A DNA stretch of 64,000 nt from Euryarchaeota archaeon UBA182 (GTDB lineage Archaea > Thermoplasmatota > Poseidoniia > Poseidoniales > Thalassarchaeaceae), in the NCBI GenBank assembly GCA_002495675.1, contig DAGH01000002.1, forward strand, positions 24,259-88,258. The letters are read 5' to 3'. Position numbers and translations under genes: made by a program. The notes below the pieces were generated by a model, which saw nothing but the letters and a program-made list of their open reading frames with translations, did no database searches and had not been told where the DNA came from. This document shows positions 57,401-64,000 of the stretch, piece by piece (position 1 is the stretch's first letter; each line of letters opens with the position of its first letter).

Positions 57401-58081
57401 CGCTATTGAGTGAAGAAGAAATACCGAAACGATCAGCATCAGTATGACCCCATCTTCACCAGCAACGGAACCCGTTGTCGATCCTACAGCCAGCAGGACT
57501 AATGTGGCCTGAGCTGCGATCGCGTCACTGTTGTATCTGTAGGACAAGAAGATGTTGAACAGAACCAAGACAACCAGAACTACGCCAACACCTGCGATGC
57601 TGAGAGGCAAGATCTCTCCTAGGCTCCAGTTATTCAATTCTAGCGAGGCACCATAAAGGATCTTCATGGAGATTATGACCCAAGCGACACCCAGTAGATT
57701 GAGATCCGGATCCTTTATCCATCTCTCTCCGAGAAACAGTCCAAAAATAGACAAAACAAGGAGTATCGGTATAGCGATCTCTGCCTCAAATTCAACTCCG
57801 ATGAGCAGACTCATCAGACTGTAGGCCACGACCATCACCGAAAGTAGAACCCAGTTTGCTCTTCGTTCCGATTTTTCAACGGGTTTCATGGACGTTGGCC
57901 CCACACCCCCCCCACCCTCAACGAAGATCTCATGCACGGTTCCTATTGCTTCGTCATGATCCCTTTCCGGACTATCTGAAACATCTTTGGCAACCGGAAA
58001 ATTGAGTTCGCTTCGAAGTTCGAGCACTCCCTCGGAAGCAAATTTTTTTTCTCGAAGGACAGCATCCCCATCCTTCCGCAT
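54458..58081 (-). CDS. Giant polytopic membrane protein (1207 aa, roughly 30 transmembrane segments), function unknown
   Basis: Uninterrupted ORF. The sequence is almost entirely hydrophobic spans. Exceptions are an ~85-aa N-terminal soluble region and one central charged loop (RELRSSTEKSRRTHEVNEFEEKGHQH...). Confidence 0.65.
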   Translation of the reverse strand: MRKDGDAVLREKKFASEGVLELRSELNFPVAKDVSDSPERDHDEAIGTVHEIFVEGGGGVGPTSMKPVEKSERRANWVLLSVMVVAYSLMSLLIGVEFEAEIAIPILLVLSIFGLFLGERWIKDPDLNLLGVAWVIISMKILYGASLELNNWSLGEILPLSIAGVGVVLVVLVLFNIFLSYRYNSDAIAAQATLVLLAVGSTTGSVAGEDGVILMLIVSVFLLHSIAIHRSSGNLASLGIVSSNIWFGMHVITGGFDLGSLTVVGLQHPLKLFIAITSVNMANAYVATKFAKSKNWFSEALEILGVGKPGLWGVSVVLSLTGAFLTIGSIRQDISFAFAIIVLLSLCYFPSYLVVRGSPKREVFMTAGASILLLSVVTILFESGIMNAVLDSYWVFSIGGGASLFFLLAKYQGIVSDTVLWTGSIGLTLLVLVVTPLDESTEYRMLFLISALSLIHIAGGLLSIRRKSASLAGVAVLTPWLWPTIMVAIYEIIETISLRNGNDGTGGSYSLEIGADVFVFYLALSSICGAWVCSSFKEASLNVSSGLAGTSEMTATIKQTEIFNLWNLALWIPLVSSVVLSLSGQIGAIEAALVFAVISCVHSISSITGIRIPSTTLIPITIGIGGVLLQWVGGDASIIILVVGISLFIPLMVGNWNPEEDWLVMVVQSGPVLTLFPVVGNGFSSTIPWLPDPVQCVVAIMGASVFVGALRTRSQVKILPLSTVLISHSTMVFVLSILDGRREMIWLSVVLFAFTSVWFVTRGEILRELRSSTEKSRRTHEVNEFEEKGHQHSVHLPIAERSKMMSSSGNIGEAYINEVRHYPVLAIVVIVISSAALGLYSLILGPEPLLILAIGAFLATIVALEGLRSRRIEVRVASALGSDVTHSIAVIGVCSAVVFGHLNPASSVNDLLDFGMAIAIVIVLGAASLANGERGVDSKRSLINWIVFPLAATRLAGFAMIGSLPAPLSVDPFDGSLVSWTYPFLMLETVLLLSILMDVIVDYRSPAERARSGMSEVGFASSVLLLSWGPAGLIAVIRGVASSVRGKREKEAGIISLLLPISFLSIEPVLPFTTLVGDAIVIVELALFSAILFFGAFVDLDRWSVVSVQNTHILLVAASFFIFNLEIGVIALIAISSITWTQGVTRLRRGLRITGLIDLSIAMIIGIMIWLSSMSGTWLLILTIFLSAELAIVLWLSQRNMDLLEID

Positions 58082-58180
58082 AATTTAGCCCTGATTGGAC
58101 ACAAAGATGAATCAATCGCTACCATCGAAGATTATAGACTCATCACAATCTTTCATATTCCGCCTTCAATTCGCAACTAC

Positions 58181-59809
58181 ATGGGTGAGCAGACGCCGTC
58201 CAACTCAGCAACTGTTTTTGCTACGGCCCTCGGGTCCCACGGCTTAGATCCAACTGGCTCCGTCTTCTGGAATTTAAGTGGCAAGGAACTCAGGGATATT
58301 GCGGTTGAAAGGGGTGAGGCGACAAGGACAGCAGACGGCGCGTTGCTTGCAACCACCGGCAATCGTACTGGAAGATCGCCTAATGACCGATTCATCGTGA
58401 ACGAACCCGGCCTAGCGTCAGATGTCCATTGGAGCAAGGTCAATCGTCCAATCTCACCAGCGGTATTCGACCATCTACTCAAGGCCACACAAAAGCACTT
58501 GAATTCCGCAACCACACTGTTCGTCAAGGATATGCATTGTGGTGCGGACCCAGTACATACAATGCCTGTCAGACTGGTGAGTGAGAGCGCTTGGCATTCT
58601 GCTTTCATGCACAACATGTTCATACGCTCTCATCGAGACTCCCTTTCGACCCATGTTCCAGAGTTCACGATACTACATGCACCTACAATGACAGTGGACC
58701 CGAGAGAATATGGCGTCAATTCCGAGGTTTTCGTTGTAATTTCACTATCAAGGGGACTCGTATTGATCGGAGGAACAAGATACGCAGGAGAGATAAAAAA
58801 ATCCATTTTTACTATCATGAACCACATCCTACCTTCTCGCGGTCTTCTACCGATGCACTGCTCTGCAAATACATCTGGTGACGAATCCGCCTTGTTTTTC
58901 GGACTTTCAGGTACTGGAAAGACCACACTTTCTGCAGACCCGGGAAGGGAATTGGTGGGCGATGACGAGCACGGATGGTCAGATCAGGGAATATTCAATT
59001 TCGAGGGTGGTTGTTACGCTAAGATGATCGGCTTGTCCGAGGAAGACGAGCCAGCCATCTATGCTACCACAAAAATGGAATCCACAATTCTTGAGAATGT
59101 CATTCTAGACGCTGATGGGATACCCAACTTCCATGACTCAACACTTACTCAGAACACTAGGGCTTCATACCCAATAGATTCGATAGAGAATCGAACAGAG
59201 TATTCAACAGCAGGACACCCCAAGAATGTCGTATTCCTCACCTGTGACGCCTTCGGGGTACTGCCCCCAATATCGAGACTTTCCCCAGAACAGGCTGCGT
59301 ATCATTTTATTTCTGGCTATACCGCCAAGGTTGCTGGTACCGAGGTTGGAGTGACTGAACCTATGGCAACATTCTCAGCTTGCTTCGGGGCTCCGTTTAT
59401 GCCTCGTCACCCAAGCGAATATGCAAATCTCCTAAGCAAAAAGATTGCAGATCATAATGCGTCGTGCTGGCTTATCAACACAGGATGGATCGCAGGAGGC
59501 TACGGAGAAAGCAGTCGAATCAGGATTAACTGGACACGGGCCTTGTTGAACGCCGCCCTCTCTGGCGACCTGAACGACGTTGTATATGTCACGGACGATA
59601 GATTCGGATTCAAGATCCCCGTGACCTGTGATGGCGTACCATCTGAGATTCTTCAACCACGCGCAACCTGGTCAGATGTTAAACGATACGATAACGTTGC
59701 CAACGTGCTTGTTCAAATGTTCAATGAGAACTTCGAGAGTTTCGCAGACGGTTGTTCTGATGAAGTGAAAGCTGCCGCACCTAGGCTTTACGAGAGTCAA
59801 AGCCTCTGA
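58181..59809 (+). CDS. pckA: Phosphoenolpyruvate carboxykinase (ATP-dependent)
   Basis: TGRSPNDRF and FFGLSGTGKTTLS (kinase-1a). GDDEHGW and the downstream ATP-PEPCK motifs are also present. Confidence 0.95.
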   Translation: MGEQTPSNSATVFATALGSHGLDPTGSVFWNLSGKELRDIAVERGEATRTADGALLATTGNRTGRSPNDRFIVNEPGLASDVHWSKVNRPISPAVFDHLLKATQKHLNSATTLFVKDMHCGADPVHTMPVRLVSESAWHSAFMHNMFIRSHRDSLSTHVPEFTILHAPTMTVDPREYGVNSEVFVVISLSRGLVLIGGTRYAGEIKKSIFTIMNHILPSRGLLPMHCSANTSGDESALFFGLSGTGKTTLSADPGRELVGDDEHGWSDQGIFNFEGGCYAKMIGLSEEDEPAIYATTKMESTILENVILDADGIPNFHDSTLTQNTRASYPIDSIENRTEYSTAGHPKNVVFLTCDAFGVLPPISRLSPEQAAYHFISGYTAKVAGTEVGVTEPMATFSACFGAPFMPRHPSEYANLLSKKIADHNASCWLINTGWIAGGYGESSRIRINWTRALLNAALSGDLNDVVYVTDDRFGFKIPVTCDGVPSEILQPRATWSDVKRYDNVANVLVQMFNENFESFADGCSDEVKAAAPRLYESQSL

Positions 59810-62142
59810 GTAGCCATTCTCTGTGCGTCAACCGAGCATATCGCAGCCATATGAACCACTTCTCTCACACTATCCCCACGTTGTAGGACATGAGCTGGCC
59901 GGGCTAATCCATCGAGAATCGGCCCGGTCATTTCTGCCCCTGCTAACCTTTGCAATAGTTTGTAGGCTATGTTGGCGGACTCTAGGCTTGGACAGATTAG
60001 TACATTCGCCGGCCCTTCAAACGTCATGAAGGGGAAATCTTCCTGTTGTTCGGGAACCAAAGCAGTGTCTGCCTGCATGGGCCCGTCAATGATGATGTCC
60101 GGATCTATTTCTCTTGCCATCATTATCGACTCCTCTATCCTAGTGGTCCTGAGCTCTCCACTGGAACCAAAATTAGAGAAGGAAAGCATGGCGACCTTGG
60201 GCTTCAAACCGAATCGTCTGGCGACTCGGGCCGTCCTTACGGCAATCTCCGCGAGCGTATGAGCATCGGGGTGTATGTTGATTGTTGCATCTGCGATGAA
60301 CATCACTTGGCCCCCTACCGTCATCATGTATGATCCGACCACACGATGCGCGTCCTCCGAGGTTCCAATTATCTTCAGGCAAGGTTTAACGATATCTGGA
60401 TAATTATGACTTACTCCACCCAGATAACCGTCAGCATCCCCCTTCCTCACCATCATCGGGGCGAACCATGTCGATTGCTTGAGAAGTTCTACAGCATCCA
60501 GTTTACTTATACCTCTGCGTCCACGGATTTCATGCAGTTCCTCAGCATACACCCCCCTTCTTCTGGAGTCATACCTTGGATCAATTATTTCACAATCAAA
60601 CTCCAGTGCTAAGTCATTGATTGCAGCTTTGATTCTTCGTACCTGTCCCAGTAGTATTGGCTTGCATATTCCTTCCCTCGCACAGTGTGCTGCTGCCTTG
60701 ATTATTGTGGGGTCTTCGCCCTCGGAGAATACAATCCTCTGAGGGTTGGAAATCGCTCTGTTAATCACCGATCGCATGACTGATCGTGTTAGTCCTAGCC
60801 TGCTTTCCAACTCCTCCCGGTATTTTTTCACATCGAAAGAATCTGCATCAATTCGTGCTACGCCTTCATTCACCGCAGCCTCCGCAACCGCTGAGGCCTC
60901 CCAAATCAAAACTCTGGCATCGAATGGTTTTGGGATGAGATAATCAGGGCCATATTGTATCCTAACACCGTCATAGGCTTCTACCACGTCATCGGGGACC
61001 GTTTCCTTTGCCAGTCTCGCCAAGGCCATGGTAGCTGCCATCTTCATGTTCTCAGTAATGCTCGTTGCCCTTACATCCAATGCTCCCCGGAAAATGTAGG
61101 GGAAACCTAGGACATTGTTGATCTGATTCGGATAATCGCTCCTTCCTGTGGCGATCACTGCATCGCTTCTGACAGCTCTGACTTCTTCCGGAAGGATTTC
61201 TGGATCTGGATTTGCCAATGCGAATATTAGCGGCCTGTTCGCCATAGAGGCAACCATTTCCCCATCGACGATTCCGCCCTTTGACAACCCTAGGAAAACG
61301 TCAGCATCTCTCATTAAATCAGCCAAGGTACTCTCTGGTCTTTCCTGTGCGAACTCCATTTTGTATTGGTTCAACTCGCCTTTTTCACCTCTCGACTTGG
61401 TCAGGAGTCCCTTTGAGTCGCACATGAGTATCCGACTCCTGTCAACTCCCAGTTGAACGTAATGTCTTGCACAGGATATCGCGGATGCCCCCGCGCCGGA
61501 TATTACGACCGTTATCTCACCAATATTCTTGTCAACAACATCCAATCCGTTGATTAATGCTGCACCGCTGATTATAGCCGTTCCGTGCTGATCGTCATGC
61601 ATGACCGGAATATCAAGCTCCTCTTTCAGGCGCCTCTCGATCTCAAAGCATTCAGGGGCCTTGATGTCTTCGAGATTAATCCCGCCGAACGTGGGTGAAA
61701 TTGCCTTTACTGCTTCAACAAAACCCTCAACTTCAGTGCGATCCACTTCTATGTCGAATACATCAATGTCCGCGAAGGATTTGAACAGAAGTGCTTTGCC
61801 TTCCATTACTGGCTTGCTAGCCAATGTGCCGATGTCCCCAAGGCCCAAAACTGCGGTTCCGTTGCTGACCACACCAACTAGGTTCCCTTTGGAGGTGTAT
61901 GAAAAGGCAAGGTCCCGATCTTTTTCAATTTCCAAACATGGGTATGCTACCCCGGGAGAGTATGCAAGCGACAACTCGTGCGCAGTCGAATGTGGTTTTG
62001 TCGGTTTTGTTGCCATCTTCCCAGGCTTCGGAAATTTGTGATAATCCAATGCCTCCTTCCGCAAACGATCGTCCACCATGCCTACCCACCGTCTAAGACC
62101 CGATGACTTCATCGCTATGATGCTATCCTTTACTTTATTCAC
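59797..62142 (-). CDS. maeB: NADP-dependent malic enzyme, MaeB type (malic enzyme fused to a phosphotransacetylase-like domain)
   Basis: [12 protein letters not shown]...[10 protein letters not shown]..., GGINLEDI, and VISGAGASA (NAD(P) loop). The C-terminal ~330 aa are PTA-like. Size is 781 aa. Confidence 0.9.
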   Translation of the reverse strand: MNKVKDSIIAMKSSGLRRWVGMVDDRLRKEALDYHKFPKPGKMATKPTKPHSTAHELSLAYSPGVAYPCLEIEKDRDLAFSYTSKGNLVGVVSNGTAVLGLGDIGTLASKPVMEGKALLFKSFADIDVFDIEVDRTEVEGFVEAVKAISPTFGGINLEDIKAPECFEIERRLKEELDIPVMHDDQHGTAIISGAALINGLDVVDKNIGEITVVISGAGASAISCARHYVQLGVDRSRILMCDSKGLLTKSRGEKGELNQYKMEFAQERPESTLADLMRDADVFLGLSKGGIVDGEMVASMANRPLIFALANPDPEILPEEVRAVRSDAVIATGRSDYPNQINNVLGFPYIFRGALDVRATSITENMKMAATMALARLAKETVPDDVVEAYDGVRIQYGPDYLIPKPFDARVLIWEASAVAEAAVNEGVARIDADSFDVKKYREELESRLGLTRSVMRSVINRAISNPQRIVFSEGEDPTIIKAAAHCAREGICKPILLGQVRRIKAAINDLALEFDCEIIDPRYDSRRRGVYAEELHEIRGRRGISKLDAVELLKQSTWFAPMMVRKGDADGYLGGVSHNYPDIVKPCLKIIGTSEDAHRVVGSYMMTVGGQVMFIADATINIHPDAHTLAEIAVRTARVARRFGLKPKVAMLSFSNFGSSGELRTTRIEESIMMAREIDPDIIIDGPMQADTALVPEQQEDFPFMTFEGPANVLICPSLESANIAYKLLQRLAGAEMTGPILDGLARPAHVLQRGDSVREVVHMAAICSVDAQRMATQRL

Positions 62143-62208
62143 TTAGACAATGGAATCAGTTTGCACGCATTGTAACGAACATCAACACATCTTCTTAATT
62201 ATAGGATC

Positions 62209-64000
62209 ATGAAAGCCAGAGGTTCAATGAGGGGGGCCCAAGTCCACTTTTCCAGACACAGGAGCCCCCCTGTGTATGCGATTGCAATCGTCTTGTTGAT
62301 GATATCAATGCCATGGTCCACAACAGTAGATTTCCGTGAAGAGCCTGCTAAATTTCAGTCGAGCAACACTAATTGGGGAGCATCCGGTAGCGTAGACACC
62401 GGCTGGTTGACCGTGGGTTCGGAATCAACTGGGTCGTCCACAACCATAGTACAACACCCTCCCGGAGCATCCATTGAAAACATGACTTTTGAGATCGGAG
62501 TCAATGGTTCTTTGGGAATTTGTGCCCAAGACCCCATACTAACCTTAGTTGATGCTAATCAGGAAATTTTTGATGGAACCGGAATTGGTGGATTTGGATG
62601 CAAACAGGGCTACTCGCCTGATGATGTGCTTGATGGCTATTTAGACCCATATTCGAACTCTCAAGTCGGTTTGTTACTCCCCACCGGAGCCACGCTGACT
62701 GATATGGTAATTGAAGCAATGCGTCCAGCCTCGCCCAGGCTATCCCCATCATTACCCAACCTTGTTGTCCACGACCTGGGCCATGATACTTCCTCGGGTA
62801 GGACTTTCATACTTGCTGACGATGATCTCCTTGTAATTGATGAAACTGTCTCAAATCCAATAGTACATGTTGAGTCCATATCGGCAACTGAGATACAGGT
62901 GATTCAGTCGGAGGACCTTCTTGTTGCGCTGTCAACTGACGGGAGTGTACACTACTATAGATTGAGTAATCTGGAATACCTATCATCGCATTTTTTGAAC
63001 GATACCAATGGTCGCCCTGCAAACTTCGAATGGCAGGAGAACAAACCCGCAAGTTTGTTCTTGGATTCAGAAAACAGAACGTGGATATCGAATGGCTGCC
63101 ACATCCTCTGGAGGGATTCAAATGCCTCACTTGAGTCATACCATTTCGATGACGTCTGTACAGGCTCAAACGATGCAATAATATCCACCATATACGCAAC
63201 AGGAAACAAACTTCTGGCAGGGACTACCGGAACTGGATTTGTGATGATTGACACAAGCAATGATGCTAATTCAACAATGGTACTTTCAAATGCAAGCTTC
63301 TTCTCTCCAACCACTTCTCCATCAGTTGTTTCCTACAGTGTGACCTCAATTGAGATTCTCGATGATCAAATACTTGTTTCGGGGGAGGGTGGAGTAGATC
63401 GATTTCACATTCCCTCCGATGCATGGTTGAGTCCATGGACGACTTCAAATTGGCTCGATTCCAACGACGTTCTGAAAGTAATCACATTGGAGAATTATGC
63501 TTATGTTGTGACACTTTCTAAAATTCACAGGTACGATTCGACCGTTCTTGCCTTCACAGGGGCCATAACGTCAAATCAGGCCAATCTCACAGAATTTGAC
63601 AGAGTCTTCTCTTGGCCGACTGCAAACCAAGGAATCGCTGCTTCTGACGGCGCAGGATCCCTTGCCAAGATAGTTGACATGATTGCTATCGAGCCTCTAG
63701 TTTTAGCCAGCGGGCCAGCAATACTCGAACCACAGGTCGTTTCGGTGGTTAATGCCCCATCTGGAAAACAGGCTTGGGTTGCGTCTGGCAGTGAAATTGA
63801 TAGATTTGACGAAGAATCCAAGAGGTGGCTTGGGGTAATAGACTATTCAAACGATGGTATCGATTCGGAAATTACTGACGTGATTCAGATTGATGCTCAA
63901 ATGGTAATAGCATCAACATCGGGTCACGGAATCATCCAGATTGACCCAACAGATGGAGCACTCATTGGCACAGTGTCCGGATCTGATGTCGCAGCAATAG
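62209..64000 (+). CDS. Large secreted/surface protein, N-terminal ~597 aa only (runs off the window)
   Basis: My own translation from ATG 62209 has no stop through 64000. The N-terminal signal/anchor is VYAIAIVLLMISMPW. Many N-x-S/T sequons and repetitive beta-strand-like segments follow. It is absent from the ORF track because it is open-ended. Confidence 0.6.
   Translation, partial: MKARGSMRGAQVHFSRHRSPPVYAIAIVLLMISMPWSTTVDFREEPAKFQSSNTNWGASGSVDTGWLTVGSESTGSSTTIVQHPPGASIENMTFEIGVNGSLGICAQDPILTLVDANQEIFDGTGIGGFGCKQGYSPDDVLDGYLDPYSNSQVGLLLPTGATLTDMVIEAMRPASPRLSPSLPNLVVHDLGHDTSSGRTFILADDDLLVIDETVSNPIVHVESISATEIQVIQSEDLLVALSTDGSVHYYRLSNLEYLSSHFLNDTNGRPANFEWQENKPASLFLDSENRTWISNGCHILWRDSNASLESYHFDDVCTGSNDAIISTIYATGNKLLAGTTGTGFVMIDTSNDANSTMVLSNASFFSPTTSPSVVSYSVTSIEILDDQILVSGEGGVDRFHIPSDAWLSPWTTSNWLDSNDVLKVITLENYAYVVTLSKIHRYDSTVLAFTGAITSNQANLTEFDRVFSWPTANQGIAASDGAGSLAKIVDMIAIEPLVLASGPAILEPQVVSVVNAPSGKQAWVASGSEIDRFDEESKRWLGVIDYSNDGIDSEITDVIQIDAQMVIASTSGHGIIQIDPTDGALIGTVSGSDVAAI

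Noticed and set aside
1-64000. CRISPR arrays, IS elements, integrases, toxin-antitoxin pairs or a defence island
   Set aside because: Reading both strands, I found no regularly spaced repeats and no transposase, integrase or Cas-like motifs. The window appears to be core chromosome. This is a by-eye negative and should be confirmed computationally.

Overview
The window looks like a compact, gene-dense archaeal chromosome segment. Archaeal information-processing genes are unambiguous: DNA polymerase D large subunit, primase PriL, archaeal DnaG, KEOPS Pcc1, and an S13-S4-S11-Rpo3 operon. Archaeal CoA-pathway genes (phosphopantothenate synthetase, a probable pantoate kinase) and an MptE-like kinase are also present.

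This backbone carries many bacterial-type housekeeping genes: a BolA plus CGFS-glutaredoxin pair, CspA, an ABC-F ATPase, ATP-type PEPCK, MaeB-type malic enzyme, YbaN and DCC. That mixture suggests a planktonic euryarchaeote such as Marine Group II/III, but this is inference only.

I support about 65 CDS, including three absent from the ORF track:
- an aquaporin truncated at the left edge
- a large secreted protein running off the right edge
- a 29-aa transmembrane peptide

There is also one tRNA-Cys(GCA). I saw no rRNA, CRISPR array, transposase, integrase or obvious prophage or defence island.

The strongest anomaly is a roughly 800-nt ORF-free, purine-rich, hairpin-dense region at 7033-7836. 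It sits in a window where nearly all other gaps are under 250 nt, and I interpret it as a candidate large structured RNA of unknown class.

Other points worth follow-up:
- a ribbon-helix-helix domain fused in frame to class II fumarase, downstream of a 21-bp perfect palindrome in its promoter
- a TPD/CDIN1-like PD-(D/E)xK nuclease homolog
- a sensor-less wHTH-NB-ARC STAND ATPase
- an ABC-F translation ATPase in an archaeal context
- an Rpo3 subunit with two CxxC...CxxC modules
- a 1207-aa membrane protein with roughly 30 transmembrane segments and a membrane-anchored partner

All family calls come from reading motifs by eye. No database search was run.
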